A stretch of 64,000 bases of DNA from NCBI GenBank assembly GCA_964019425.1, contig OZ025786.1:1612001-1676000 (forward strand), written 5' to 3'. The stretch is from Flectonema sp. DT1601. Its lineage: Eukaryota. Shown here piece by piece: positions 12,791 to 25,667 of the stretch. How positions within the stretch are numbered: the stretch's first letter is position 1; each line of letters opens with the position of its first letter. A program made the translations under genes and the position numbers. The notes under the pieces are model-generated. The model had not been told where the DNA came from, did not search any database, and worked only from the letters and a program-made list of their open reading frames with translations.

Positions 12791-13711
12791 TTTGTTTGTT
12801 TGTTTGTCAAGCTTTCGTCTTGCAATTGGCAGGCTCTCATTTGTTATTCTTATTATTATTCCAACTGTTCCTCACAAAATAATCTGTGTGGGTCTCTTGT
12901 GGAATCTGAATGAGTTAGTACGGTACCGTAATTTAAAAAAAAAAAAAGATATATTAAAAAAATTCATGTAACCCTTGAACAAACCAAACCCTTCGTGGAC
13001 AGCAATCTGAAAGGGTGCCACAAAGAATGAAAAGATAAATCGACTACTTTTACTTTTTTACTCGAACACTTTTGTTTTATCTGTGCGCAACCAGTACATA
13101 AGGGAAAAGGTTAATTACGCTGCTGCTATTCTCTTTTCTGCTAAACAATGGGTTTGTTTTGGTATATAAATAAAGTTTGTTCCTTACCTTTCTCACGCGA
13201 GATTTTTTTTTTTTTTTTTTGTGAGAGTTTGCGATTTCGGAAACTATTTTTGTGGAATTAGGAGTTTTTTTTTTTTTTTTTTTTTTTTTTCTGCACTACT
13301 CAAGGTAGGTATTCAACATAACTTTCCCCTTAATTCAAGTGCTTTTTTACCAAAATTAGCCTTAGGTTATTTTGGTAATTTTCTTTTTTTATTTTTGTTC
13401 ATTGATCATGCAACCAAGTCTCAAACATGAACTCTGCATAACTTCTGTCTACAAGGGGGACAAGATAGTGGAAAGCTGACATTGGCATAAGCTATACCAT
13501 AGTATTCCTAATACGATTAGGTTGTCCTCATAGCTCTGTGGAGCTAGTCCTATGTTCCTTAATCTGCTGTATTGGTGATATACAATGCAAATAACGGACT
13601 TTTTTTTTTTATCTATCTATGTATCTAAAGGTGTAGACATTTTTAGGTCTCCTCGCAGGGCTGAGTGGCACGCCTTCCTATCTATATGGTTGTTATTCGG
13701 CGCCTGGGGAA

Positions 13712-13753
<42 letters not shown>

Positions 13754-14686
13754 TATTTTTTGTTTCATGAAATATTTGCTGGGGGAAAATCTTTTTTTCC
13801 CCCATATTTTCGCCCCCCCCCTTTTTTTTTCTCGTGCGAATGTACTACTGAAGACTGATACTGACCCTGATTTGTAAAGAACTCTTCAAAGACTTTGGGA
13901 TTCATACCCGGGAGGATAAAAGACAGGTTTGACTCATTTTTGTGAGTTTTTCCTGAATTTTTTGTTTCCTTTGCAAAATGCCCTCAAAAAAAAAAAAAAA
14001 ACAACGTTTTTATTCTCTTTTTTTTCGCCCCCAACGTGACAACTTTTTAGTGAGTCTTGTCATGCTGTTGACTTGTTCACAAAAATACTTGTATTGTAGT
14101 AACATTTATAGAAAATGAATGTTAATTATAAAAACACGGTTAGGTGGCTGTTCTTTTTTTTATTTCTTTTTTATCGTATAAGCGCTCAGGTGAGGGATTT
14201 TCCCCGTCTTTTTGCTTGTTGTTACGAAGTGACCACATGTGTCACTTTCTTATTTACCTTTTAAAGGCAAGCAAAAAAAAAAAAAAAAAAAAACTAAGCT
14301 AAGCTAACCATTGTGATACATCTGGGTGATCTTGTTGATGTACGCAAATCTTTGGCATGTCCTCACTCGTTGTTGCGGTGGTTTTGAGAATTAAGTTTAC
14401 CGAAGAAAGCAAAAAACAGGTCCTAACCTGCGGGGTAAAAAAAAAAAAAAACAAAAAAAAAAAAACCCGGGTCCCCTCCCGACCCAACCAAAAAAAACCG
14501 AACGAAAAAAAACAACGAGAAAAAAAAAAAAAAAAAAACAATAAAAAGATAAAAACAAAACAACGTGATTACCTTTTGATAATGTGATTTCATTGTTCTG
14601 ACTTGTATAGTAGACTGGTCGTATCAAAATGAAATATTTTTTTTTCTTGTTTCAATTAGGTCATTAGAAAATCTACTAAAATAAAA

Positions 14687-17041
14687 ATGCTATCTCGAAC
14701 TCGTATTACCAGGGTCGTTATATCAGACGGCGTCGGACTACTCTCTTCTATGAGAGAATCTAACATAAATGTGGGTGACGTGTCTTGGAATAATCTTGCT
14801 ATCTCGCCTTACAAAACAACTGATAAACCAATGCACGACGTACGCCAAGCAATATTTCAGATTGGTAAGAAATCTGGATTTGAAAATACTGTGTCTTTGT
14901 GGAAAGCTCTTCCGGATGATGTTGTAAAAGATAAAGGATGTATTGATTTATTATTCTCCCTTCATCCATTGACACCTGGGTCATTTAGAGAGGTTGTTGA
15001 TTTGATTTTATTGAAAGATCCTGAAGGGTTAGTCGACACTTTACCTGCTGTTTTTAATCGCTATCTCTCTCGTATATATAAAAGGGGTTTTGAACTAGAG
15101 ACGTTTGAACCCGTGTTTAGTGACATTATCAATGTAATGAGAGAGATTATACCGAAGGAAATCTTAAGTCGGATGGCCTTTCCTGTTCAATTTTATCAAA
15201 TTCTGTTTAGATATTTGGTTTATCAAAAAGATGTTTTTGCGTTGATTGATTTGGCAGAAGCTGTTTTGTTTTCTAATTCAAATCCCTTAGATGAATATTT
15301 CTCAGAAAATTTCTCGATTTCGAGTAGACTGGACATGATTTTAAAACGAGTCTTAGTATTGGAGCTGATGAAGGGATTACATACTCTTAATGAAGTACAA
15401 CTAACAAACGAAATATTCTTAAAAATATTAAAACATGACGACACTTCTCCTTCAAAGAATAAAATAAAAGGAAAATCTTGGATTGACACCGCTACCTGTT
15501 CTGAACTTAACATATATTTAGATGCTATGACACTTTTAGAAAAAGAGATGGATATAGAACTTTGGTGGAAATTATTTAGTTCGAAAAAACGATGGGAACA
15601 ACTCATAAGCAAATGGTTAAAGGAAAGCAAAATGCCAGATACTGTGAGCAAAGTGGTTAGCTTAGCCAACTCACTTTCGAATATTCAAATTCTCATCCCT
15701 GCGACTAGAAGTCTGTTGGAGAAGAATAAAGCATCAGAAGTGCTCGATGTGGTTGTTAATTTTCAAAATAATAACGTAAACTCGAAAGCTCCGGGAGTAC
15801 TACTTGAAATTCTAAGCAACGCGATAAAACTATTACCTGCTAGTGAGATTCAGGCTGGGATGACAAAACTACATTCAATCACGCCATCAATTCAGAATTC
15901 ATCTCACTTTGCAATCAGCAGGGGATACAACTCAGCATTGATCTCCGTAATCCTTGTTCACTTTATGGAGAGTGACAGCAATTTGGATAATATAGCAAAT
16001 GCTTGTCGGAAGGTTGGATTAAAACATCCGAAGCTTTCTATTTCAGGAATGGCTTTGTCAGTTTTGTACTCTGACTGTGATCACATATCAGAGACTCCTC
16101 TTAGATTATTGAGATACGCTGATATTAATTCTTCACGTGATGATACTGTTTTACTGAAGTCAATTCCACACATGAATGACGTGGTTATCGTTACGACTGC
16201 TCCCCGTCAGTATTTTGATGCTATCAGTAACTCACAGTTCAAGTCTTCTGATGTTATTTTGAAAACTTCTGTTGAAATTCTTCCATCGTTTCCTGAATTT
16301 GTTTCTGCTGAAAAAATTCTTTTGCTGGATGAAATGGGAGCCAGGGCTCTACTTCATCACATGAAGGAACCTAAGAAGCTAAATGGAGATTCAGTCGTGG
16401 TAGTGCCGTTCAGCACTATATTAGCAATCTGGGACAAAGAGTACGTTGAATGCCAGGAACGCAGCCAAATTGTGAAACGTGATTATAAGAAATCTGAAAA
16501 CCCTCGGACCCAAACACATAAAACTGATTTTCCACTCCTTCGACAACTTTCTCAGTTCATCGAACTTAATAGAAAACAGGTAGTTGTGTTGTCGCTGACT
16601 ACGGAAATTTTGATGAACTTAGGAAGCAGGATAAGAGGGAAAACTAGTAAAACGCAAAGAACAGATCCTTGGGATGAAATTATAGTTCCAAAAATTCCAA
16701 TTAACCAATTGGAAAACTCATCACAAATAGCTGGTTATCTCGGATCGCAGGAATACAGAAAATTTGCATCTATTTCGAAATATAAACATCAAAATATTTC
16801 AATTTCTGGACATCTTATTTGTCAACCACTTGTTTATGGGGCAATTTCAACTTCAATGTTGAGTTCACTTTTCATTTCACCGTTAACGAGAAATAAGAAA
16901 ATTTACGTTTTGAATTATATATACCAGATGAAACTATTAGTTGATAGATTTCCGCGAGCCAAACATCAACTCCAGTCGATCAACAAAAAAGATATAGATT
17001 GCGAGTTCTTTCAAAATATGCATTTCATTGGTGAGGTATAG
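14687..17041 (+). CDS. Hypothetical 784-aa protein with a possible mitochondrial presequence; helical N-terminal half and possible degenerate PIN-like region
   Basis: Long intact ORF starting MLSRTRITR. ILLLDEMG...VVVVPFSTIL is weakly PIN-like. Confidence 0.75.
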   Translation: MLSRTRITRVVISDGVGLLSSMRESNINVGDVSWNNLAISPYKTTDKPMHDVRQAIFQIGKKSGFENTVSLWKALPDDVVKDKGCIDLLFSLHPLTPGSFREVVDLILLKDPEGLVDTLPAVFNRYLSRIYKRGFELETFEPVFSDIINVMREIIPKEILSRMAFPVQFYQILFRYLVYQKDVFALIDLAEAVLFSNSNPLDEYFSENFSISSRLDMILKRVLVLELMKGLHTLNEVQLTNEIFLKILKHDDTSPSKNKIKGKSWIDTATCSELNIYLDAMTLLEKEMDIELWWKLFSSKKRWEQLISKWLKESKMPDTVSKVVSLANSLSNIQILIPATRSLLEKNKASEVLDVVVNFQNNNVNSKAPGVLLEILSNAIKLLPASEIQAGMTKLHSITPSIQNSSHFAISRGYNSALISVILVHFMESDSNLDNIANACRKVGLKHPKLSISGMALSVLYSDCDHISETPLRLLRYADINSSRDDTVLLKSIPHMNDVVIVTTAPRQYFDAISNSQFKSSDVILKTSVEILPSFPEFVSAEKILLLDEMGARALLHHMKEPKKLNGDSVVVVPFSTILAIWDKEYVECQERSQIVKRDYKKSENPRTQTHKTDFPLLRQLSQFIELNRKQVVVLSLTTEILMNLGSRIRGKTSKTQRTDPWDEIIVPKIPINQLENSSQIAGYLGSQEYRKFASISKYKHQNISISGHLICQPLVYGAISTSMLSSLFISPLTRNKKIYVLNYIYQMKLLVDRFPRAKHQLQSINKKDIDCEFFQNMHFIGEV

Positions 17042-17606
17042 CAGAGTCAATTTTGATATATTTATTTGCATTCAATATACTGGTTACGTAGTAACGGGTG
17101 AAATTGAAAAAAAAAAAAAAATAATAACGCTGGTCTAACAATTATTTATAGAATAAAATTATAATCATAATTTTTTTTATATATCAGTCATTCCTTTTTT
17201 TTGCGACCAAATTCTGGACACTGAAAATTTTTTTCAAAAAAAAATGGTAAAAATTTCGATCGAAGCGGCATTTTAATGCGCTGCATCGTTGGGTTCATTT
17301 CCGTCCGAAATCGGGAGGTTGGCATCACATACTTGTCACCCGAATTGAGAAAAGAGATTTTGTGGTTTACTAAATCAGCTCAGCCGTGGACAAGTACCAA
17401 AACTAAAAATTAATCGAAGGGTCTAATTTTACACTGCTGGCCCAGCGGATCCAGAGAAAAAATAATCGAGCAAAAATATATTAAAGAGTACTAAGCATGT
17501 GCCGGTGAGGCAGATTGTTACTACCTGTCTTTTTGGACCTACTTTGATACTTAATGAAAACACTTGTACAACACTTTCTTTATATGAAGTCACAACTTAT
17601 GATGAA

Positions 17607-17636
17607 TTATGAGCTATCTGAGCCACATGAAGTGAT

Positions 17637-17668
<32 letters not shown>

Positions 17669-18011
17669 AGCTAGTGCTGATGGAAGACTTCTCATACTCG
17701 GAAGAAGTGCTGTCTGACTCCTCAGTAGTGCTATCTGACCCCTCGGAGGTACTACTTGGCGGGTGAGATTTGACTATTTTATATCCAACAGATCCCTGTA
17801 TTGTATAGTTCTGATGCCTCGGACATCCACCATTATATCCTGAGTGAGGCTCTGGTTTCCTGATTTACACGAGGGTGTAGTTGGTGATGGTGACACGTGA
17901 CTCAGAAGTAACATTCTCAGCACGTCGAACCAATGTTTTGACAACTACTTCAGGGAAGTTTCTAACAAGTGGGCCATTATCACCACCACAGATGCAACAT
18001 TTTCCTTACAT
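17607..18011 (-). pseudogene. Disrupted minus-strand reading frame (CCIC motif, Ser/Asp-rich tail), possibly a transposon relic
   Basis: One frame reads M*GKCCICGGDNGPLVRNFPEV...TLV*IRKPE...SYDDDDDDDDDDDITSCGSDSS*, with two internal TAA codons. Confidence 0.35.
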
Positions 18012-18516
18012 AATTGCTACTAGGGTTGATTAGTTAGTAAAAAGGTGCATATCTCTTGAGTGCGGGAGAAGGGAAAAAAAATAGTAAAAAGAAAAAATTG
18101 GGGGTGTTTTTTACTCAGATTTTCTCGATCTTTCCATTCCAGGTCTGGGATTAATATTTATCATTGAGTAGTACCAAGGAAATCTTGCAAAGAGACGTTT
18201 ATCTCTTTTTAGCAGCACTTACCATGTTTAAAAGTATATCCCTATGCCTAATTTTACAGATCGCACCCTCTCCGATTCCAAAAAATAAAAAATCGAGCAA
18301 AAGTAACATATCGTGTAACCTTGCTCAGGCGGTGAGAAAATGGTGTTTTTTGTTCGCAAAAAAAAGGAATGACTGATATATATATATATTTTTTTAATAT
18401 TATGATATATTTTCTTCTATGTACACCAGCAAGTGAGGTGACTCTCATCGTATTTACGTTTAGATCACTTTCACACTTTACAATCACTCTTGTCTTTCAA
18501 CAGAATTCTCACAACA

Positions 18517-20076
18517 ATGCTGGTTTTTGTGACGTACCCGAACTTGGAACTCCCTGCGGTGTCATTCACGGCTAGTGGTGAGTCCCTTGTGTGCGAAGTG
18601 TTGAGGGCAGCGGCTGAGGAATGGGATATCGATGCGGAGGAAGTTGAACTCACGTTTGCTGGTGATGTCCTTTGTGAAACAGAGCGGCTCGCGGATCATG
18701 GAGTGATTGCAGACAGCGAGATGGAAATGTGGGAGAAGCAGTTTCGGGTATTTGGAAAAAGCTGGTTTGTTGATGATTCGAAGCGTGAGAAACTGCTACA
18801 TTGGCTTGGAATCCACAATGAGGAATACTTGTACCTTGACACCCCTACATTCTCAGAAGATGGTTTTCTCAGTGTTGAACGTGCTTTGCTGCCTTCAAAA
18901 GCCAAACGTATTTCTTTCCGCAATTCTAATTCCGACATCATCTTAGATTTTTTGCATGATTCGTCAATAACTGCTCTTGACCTCTCTGGTCTTAGTAGTG
19001 TCACCACTATTGGGGATGACTTTTTGTTTAGGTGTTTACACATTACTGCTCTTGACTTTTCTAGTCTTAGTAGTGTCACCTCCATTGAGGATAACTTTTT
19101 AACTAAGAATTTAGGAATCACTTCTCTTGACTTTTCTGGTCTTGGTAGTGTCACCGCCATTGGGCATAACTTTTTGAATAACTGTTTAAACATTACTGCT
19201 CTTGACCTTTCTGGTCTTAGTAGTGTCACCATTATTGGAAATTGCTTTTTGTCTTGGTGTAAGGAAATCACTTTTCTTGACTTTTCTGGTCTTGGTAGTG
19301 TCACCACTATTGGGGATGACTTTTTGATTAGGTGTTCACAAATCACTTCTCTTGACTTTTCTGGTCTTAGTAGTGTCACCATTATTGGAAATTGCTTTTT
19401 GTCTTGGTGTAAGAAAATCACTTTTCTTGACTTTTCTGGTCTTGGTAGTGTCACCGCCATTGGGGATAACTTTTTGATTAACTGTTTAAACATTACTGCT
19501 CTTGACCTTTCTGGTCTTAGTAGTGTCACCATTATTGGGAATAACTTTTTGTCTGAGTGTTCACAAGTCACTTCTCTTGACTTATCAGGTTTTAGTAGTG
19601 TCACCACTATTGGTGGGTTTTTCTTGTGTGATTGTCCACACATCACTTCTCTTGACCTTTCTGGTCTTAGTAGTGTCACCATTATTGGGAATAACTTTTT
19701 GTCTAAGTGTTCACAAGTCACTTCTCTTGACTTATCAGGTTTTAGTAGTGTCACCACTATTGGTGGGTTTTTCTTGTGTGATTGTCCACACATCACTTCT
19801 CTTGACCTTTCTGGTCTTAGTAGTGTCACCATTATTGGGAATAACTTTTTGTCTAAGTGTTCACAAGTCACTTCTCTTGACTTATCAGGTTTTAGTAGTG
19901 TCACCACTATTGGTGGGTTTTTCTTGTGTGATTGTCCGCACATCACTTCTCTTGACCTTTCTGGTCTTAGTAGTGTAACTAAATTGGGAGACTCTTTTCT
20001 TTGTAAATGCGACGCACTTGAATCTGTTGAGTTGCCTGAAAAGAATAGAGCACTCTTTGAGTTAAGACGTGAATAG
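18517..20076 (+). CDS. Ubiquitin-like N-terminal domain plus BspA-like leucine-rich repeats (25-aa units)
   Basis: ATG at 18517 follows TTTCAACAG. The N-terminus (AEEWDIDAEEVELTFAGDVLCETERLADHGV) is Ubl-like. About 14 repeats of LDLSGLSSVTxIGxxFLxxCxxIT form a 75-bp DNA period. Confidence 0.88.
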   Translation: MLVFVTYPNLELPAVSFTASGESLVCEVLRAAAEEWDIDAEEVELTFAGDVLCETERLADHGVIADSEMEMWEKQFRVFGKSWFVDDSKREKLLHWLGIHNEEYLYLDTPTFSEDGFLSVERALLPSKAKRISFRNSNSDIILDFLHDSSITALDLSGLSSVTTIGDDFLFRCLHITALDFSSLSSVTSIEDNFLTKNLGITSLDFSGLGSVTAIGHNFLNNCLNITALDLSGLSSVTIIGNCFLSWCKEITFLDFSGLGSVTTIGDDFLIRCSQITSLDFSGLSSVTIIGNCFLSWCKKITFLDFSGLGSVTAIGDNFLINCLNITALDLSGLSSVTIIGNNFLSECSQVTSLDLSGFSSVTTIGGFFLCDCPHITSLDLSGLSSVTIIGNNFLSKCSQVTSLDLSGFSSVTTIGGFFLCDCPHITSLDLSGLSSVTIIGNNFLSKCSQVTSLDLSGFSSVTTIGGFFLCDCPHITSLDLSGLSSVTKLGDSFLCKCDALESVELPEKNRALFELRRE

Positions 20077-20762
20077 TCATTAAGATGGTAGTGAGTCAAT
20101 TGTTTGTTTCTTGTTCTTCTAAAGTATACAACGATTAGCCTTTTTGATTTCCCTTTTTATTGTATTGTCATTTCTATTTCTTGGTCAGATATAACAAATG
20201 GGGGTAATCTTTTGTTGAGGTCCGACATTTTATTTTTACAAACACATGCGCGAATACAATAAAGATGGAAGTCAAGGAGAAACAATGAGTTTGGTATCCC
20301 CAGACGATATACGTAGCAGCTATGAGAGAAAAACATCATTGATGATAATGCTGGGGAAAAGGTGGAAAAGTTATTTATACTAATGTTAATTTATTCACAG
20401 AAAGACCTCGCGCTACAGTTTAGATAAAACTGAAAAATTAGTGAACATGTATACAAGAAACTGATATCTGTGCATCATTGATTTTTTTACTCAACGTTGC
20501 ACCAGCAGCATCAGCAAACTTGATAAGTTTAGTAGAATCGGGTAAATTGATTGGAACTGAACTTTTTTAAAATTGATAAAAACCTCTTTATACACTGTTT
20601 TTGTTATTCGAAATGTTGATTAACATCGGAAGGCGAACATATATCCAAAAATCATGTTTTCCGATTTAGATTTATTATTGATTTAATTATTTATTTTGTA
20701 ATCAGAATCCTTTGTTTGACTTGCTATATATTCTTTTTTTTCTCAGTTCCTAGTAACAGCAG

Positions 20763-21968
20763 ATGTCGATATTTTTACTTTCGTCAGATGCATTTCATCT
20801 CGTGCAGGAGTATCTTGAAGCAACTGATTCTTGCAGATTGGGGTTCGCATCACGAAGTTTGTTAGAAACTTGTAGATGTGACAGAATATGGAAGAAATAT
20901 TGCATGGAATCTCTTGGAATAGACGTTGATAGATACAATGAAAATAAAGCAGTCAAAAAAGAAGCATGGAAAATCTTCAAAGAAACATCCTCGATGACGG
21001 CAGGGTGGGAGGGGTATATTGTTGTTCAGAGGGATGAAAGTGGAGAAGACTTTGTGCGACAACATCCGACGCTTTCTGGATATTATAACTTTTCGTCTCT
21101 TAGAGTGAAACCGATTGGAATCAGAGTAAACATTACTTCTAAAATAAAAAATAATCGAATTATGCTGTCAGGAATTATTCAATACTTAGAACCGAAGATA
21201 CCTGTGAGTGAAATGACTCCGTTGGAGAAAGCGTTTCATGCTATTACTTTGTCTGCTTCATGTGATGAATCTCAACAATGCAACGTACTCGAAGAGCATC
21301 CTATTGCTGGAGAGTTACTACCAGGAGGTAAAATATCAATTCAAGAATGTGGAACTATACTGAAGCTTAGCGGAACTAGGATCGCAAACAGGGGTATTGT
21401 CGGAACTCATAATTTTGGATGTTTTTATTTAATGCTTCGTAGTGCTGATAGAACGTATCAACACGTTACAAAAGATTCATATTGGGAAGGTGTTTGCATT
21501 CAAAGAGATTGGATAGAAGAAGAATATCCAATGACAATGACTATAGATCAGGTTAGTGATAGTTATGGAGCTGTTCATGGTGAGATATCATTTCCGACAC
21601 TCGATAATGAGACAAGATATGCTGGTGTTTATGCTGTCATTGAAGAAAGTCCTAATGAACAATTATTATCACCGTCGATTTCATCAAAACCAGGAAGTCC
21701 TCCTCCGCCTCTTTGTACTTTGTTTTCTGATCAGGCGCCATTGAGAGCACCTGCATCTCCGAAAGGAACAAAATTCTTATTTTCAGAATACCAATATATC
21801 CGAAAAGGTAGTTCTGTAGTACCCACCCATTACAATGCTGAGGTATCAGGGGACCTTATGATTGGTATTTACCACGACTCTAGGGTTTACAATTACGGAA
21901 CCTTTGCTATGAGACAGATTTCGAAATCGCAATCTGTTCATCTGGATCCATGTAGCGGAGTTTACTGA
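20763..21968 (+). CDS. F-box protein
   Basis: N-terminal LLSSDAFHLVQEYLEATDSCRLGFASRSLLETCRCDRIWKKYC fits the F-box pattern. Intact 401-aa ORF. Confidence 0.75.
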   Translation: MSIFLLSSDAFHLVQEYLEATDSCRLGFASRSLLETCRCDRIWKKYCMESLGIDVDRYNENKAVKKEAWKIFKETSSMTAGWEGYIVVQRDESGEDFVRQHPTLSGYYNFSSLRVKPIGIRVNITSKIKNNRIMLSGIIQYLEPKIPVSEMTPLEKAFHAITLSASCDESQQCNVLEEHPIAGELLPGGKISIQECGTILKLSGTRIANRGIVGTHNFGCFYLMLRSADRTYQHVTKDSYWEGVCIQRDWIEEEYPMTMTIDQVSDSYGAVHGEISFPTLDNETRYAGVYAVIEESPNEQLLSPSISSKPGSPPPPLCTLFSDQAPLRAPASPKGTKFLFSEYQYIRKGSSVVPTHYNAEVSGDLMIGIYHDSRVYNYGTFAMRQISKSQSVHLDPCSGVY

Positions 21969-22036
21969 TCTATTTGTTATCCATTATTTTTCATTTACAC
22001 ACCGTAGCAACGTGTCTGTGTTTGTTATTTTGTTTT

Positions 22037-22072
<36 letters not shown>

Positions 22073-22827
22073 GAGTTTCCCAATTTTTTTGGAATTTTTT
22101 TTTTGTACCGACGTAGTCGGAGAAGAAACTATTCAGATTGAAAGCCGAACGAAAATATAAGGCTAATCTGAATGGTTTTTTTTTTTTTTTTTTTGTAAAA
22201 TTCATTTCCAAGCAATAGTACCTCAGAACGTTTTTTTTTATTTTTTGTTTCCCGTTCCTTTTCTTTAAAGAAAATAAGAAAATCTTTCTTTGTTCCTTTC
22301 TGCTATCCCAGCCTCCTTAGCCTTTTACACATTACTTTTTGGGTGTCTTGTCCCGCTGTCTAGTGGTTAGCTTGTTAAGGTTCTAATTTTAGTGTGCACA
22401 GCACTGTTAGATTCTTTTTTATTTTATAAAAAAAATATAAAAAAATTATTTCCTTGCTTACGGCATGTCTGTAAAATAAGCTTTGCAACAATTTTTTCCA
22501 AACCAAAAAAAAAAAAAAAAAAAAAAAAAACAGTCTACTGCGTTTGAAAATAAAATTCAGAAGAAGAAAAGAATTTTTAGTATCCTCTTTTTTTGCGTGA
22601 ATTTCATTTTTTTTGCTTCAGCTAGGTGCGTGATACAGATATTAATAGCAAATAATGTTCTTTTTTTTACTTTTTTTTTCCGTTAAATTGGTTTTTTTTT
22701 TCCCCTATATCCTCCATAGCAATGCATCACTGAAGGAATAGTGAATATGGGTATCCGAATGACCGCTATATCAGACTTGATTGAGTTGTTGAATTATTAT
22801 AAATTAACTTCTTTAGATTTACCAAAC

Positions 22828-23424
22828 ATGTTTAGGACACCCCTGGACGGATTTGTGAAACACCCACTAAAAAGTGATAATAATATCATACAAATACGAT
22901 CTTCACAGTCAGGGAAAACAAACTACGTTGTCACAGAGCAAGAGGTGTGTGATGAAACTGTACCTGAAGTTCCAGATGATGATGATGTAAAGTCTAGAAG
23001 AACTTCATGTTTGCGTCTGTACGTTCGGAAGACTCCGGAAATTGACATTGACGATGTGCTTGATAATATGGTTCATATGGTAGTCAACAAAATGGGATTG
23101 AACAAATGCTACCTTCCTGATGAAGAAGACGATAGGATCATCATCTATGTTGAGTTGCCTGGTATATATAGTTATCATGGTCTACAAAATCTTTTTTGGA
23201 CTTGCGTGTTTGAACGAATTCACGGAAACGCCGTTTGTATGCAACTCGCCAACAGGACAAGGTTGTACGAAAACAGTAACACGAAACCTCTCCCTCCAAG
23301 TTATCACCCTCCAAGTTATCCGTGGTGTTCCAATGCATATTGTCCTGTGTGCTATGACAACTACTACAATTACTATTACAACTGTTCACATTGTTTTGAC
23401 CGGGGTTGTCAGTATTGCTACTAG
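22828..23424 (+). CDS. Divergent member of the local 'RTP' unknown-protein family, with Cys/Tyr-rich tail
   Basis: ATG at 22828 follows CTTTAG. MFRTP, IQIRSSQSGKTNYVVT, R.S.LR, DR and CMQLA...LY align with the ORFs at 28138 and 38590. Confidence 0.7.
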   Translation: MFRTPLDGFVKHPLKSDNNIIQIRSSQSGKTNYVVTEQEVCDETVPEVPDDDDVKSRRTSCLRLYVRKTPEIDIDDVLDNMVHMVVNKMGLNKCYLPDEEDDRIIIYVELPGIYSYHGLQNLFWTCVFERIHGNAVCMQLANRTRLYENSNTKPLPPSYHPPSYPWCSNAYCPVCYDNYYNYYYNCSHCFDRGCQYCY

Positions 23425-23682
23425 ACTGGTGTCCGCTGACTAAGAGATTTGTCCTCGATGGTTCTAATGCACTAGCACAAGGCCGGGTGTAATGAAACCA
23501 TGCACGATGAGTAGTCTTCAGACCGCTGCTTATGTAATATCGTCTGTTCTCTTTTTATAAAATGGGAACTCTTGAACTTTTGGAAAAAAAAAAAAAAAAA
23601 AAAAAAAAACTGATGCTTTTGCATCCCTCAGTCTTCGGACAAGTGTTTCATGAATTGGGACTCCCTTGGGAATTATTGGATG

Positions 23683-23720
<38 letters not shown>

Positions 23721-23985
23721 GTTCAATTAATTTTATTATTTACTTTCAATAGAAGTCCTTTAAGGAAAAAAGTGATTCGCTTCGAGCCGCAATGTGCCAG
23801 CATAGTTAGCAAATATCACTCTCACTGACAATAAGCACAATAAATAATAAAACATCTAGAGGGGGAGTCCTAAATTTCTTTTTTTTTATTTATTTTATTT
23901 TTGACGAAATCTTAATTCGAATACATTTACTGTTTTATCTTATCAATACCGGAGGGAAGGTATCTGTGATCTGTAAATGGTTTAA

Positions 23986-25667
23986 CCCTTACACTACCGG
24001 AGCTGATATATCAGTCTGAAAAAAAATCTTTTTTTGCTAAGTGAAAATTTTGCATTTCTGAGTACAACGATTTCACGGGGGAGGTATTATTGCAATGTCT
24101 TTTATGTTCCTTACGTGTTGCGCCGCAATAGTTTTTATTAAATGGTAAATTTTCCATTTGCTAAAGCTGGCCAAAATCAACTTGGGAAATGTGTCGGTCC
24201 ACAGTTCTGATGAGGATGCACCAGTATTTGTTAATCCATCGTCGGTGTGTTCCGATTCGTCACTTGACGAAGTATCTGACCCCAAATAGGGAGGGGAGGT
24301 AACAAGGGTTACCAAGAATAAAAACGCGTTTCCAAGAAACGTTAAAGATTGGAGTTGCAGGCAAGTCGGAGCTGCAGGTTTTTGAGTTTTTCTTCGGATA
24401 ATCAGTTTTCCAGCTGATGAAGAAAAACTCTGAGGCCTATGCCTCACAGAGGGGAAGAAAATTTAAAACCAGTACGCAGGAGCTAAGGGCCTTTGTTGGC
24501 ACAACACTACTGACGCGCCTCCCAATAAAATCTAACCTGGGGGATTCCTGGGGTTTGAATGACATGCTGTTGACCCTTTCCGCAAGTGTTTTCACGTAAT
24601 CGCTTTGCCGAAATACAGAGGAACTTGCACTTCTCTGCGATATTACCTGCTCCCGAGCATGAGGATCCGAAGTGGAGACGTGTATCTTGAATTCCTTTAT
24701 CCTGATGCGACGTGGGCATGGTGGAATTTGGACGGATGGTGAATCTGGCTGGAGAAGCAGGAGATTCTTATCCTTCAAATTGGCTTGGCTTTGGGCAGCT
24801 TATATAGGTATATTTAAACGTACCAGAGCGGCACCAACACTATTAATAACACCATCAGTACCGCCTTCTCCACAATCAGTATCAATCCCTGATCGCCTCA
24901 AGCCAGCTTTGGGACACTACCCGGAAAGATGGAAAAGCGCGCACAATCACTGGATTACTGTGAGCGTTGCCAAGCGTTTTGTGCTTACCCATGTTTCAAA
25001 AGGTATCACACCCTCTAAAACTACAAAATTCCTTGTGATGTTCCTAAACCGCCAACTTCCCAAAAATCCAGCATGCCAGGCTGGTGGGGAAGTTATAGAT
25101 CCAGCCCAACACGGTCTGATCTGAGTAGCTTCACTGTAACTAATGAAGTTCCATGATCTGGGATCGATGTTATTTATATTTTTCGAGCTTATCAACCCCG
25201 ATGCAGTAATCCTCCTGTGTGTCTGAACCTGCTGTGCTATGATGCGGGTTGTTTGCGTATTTTCCGCTACCACAGAGGGCTTTTACAAGCTCAAAAAACA
25301 GGGAAAAAATCTGATTTTTCGATTTAATATCGGCCGTGATTTGGCATTCTCTTTACTTGGGCTCCCTCTGACATGATGTTGCGCAGAAACATCATCCCTT
25401 TCAAAAATATATTCGGAAAGGGAATAACATACAGGAAACCGTTGAGTGCATTAGTGCGGCACTGCCCACTTTATTAGTTCTGCTGAATGTGTAACAACGC
25501 ACCAAGGTTCGCACCGTTAGGTGTGCGGGTGACAGGTGCTATTGACCCGTAGTAGTAGTTGTGTCCGGTTTGGTACATATGTTTTCTAGGGGGTGACCTT
25601 TTCTCTTTTTGAAAAAACAGTAAATTTTGGACCCGTTGTTTTGGGGTTTCTTACGGTGGTGTAAGGG
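23986..25667 (+). mobile_element. Internally deleted, decayed piggyBac DNA transposon
   Basis: TTAA on both sides (23982-23985 and 25668-25671). 14-bp TIRs CCCTTACACTACCG / CGGTGGTGTAAGGG with one mismatch. Transposase remnants: acidic N-terminus, TQELRAFVGTT...DSW, ETCILNSFIL, HYP. Confidence 0.85.

Noticed and set aside
161..14627. Numerous 60-120 aa poly-F/poly-K ORFs, here and in later intergenic regions
   Set aside because: Translations of T/A homopolymer tracts.
18696..20099. 467-aa minus-strand ORF
   Set aside because: Antisense shadow of the repetitive LRR gene.
22351..22385. tRNA-like 5' half (GTCTAGTGGTTAG)
   Set aside because: No anticodon arm, T-arm or acceptor-stem partner.
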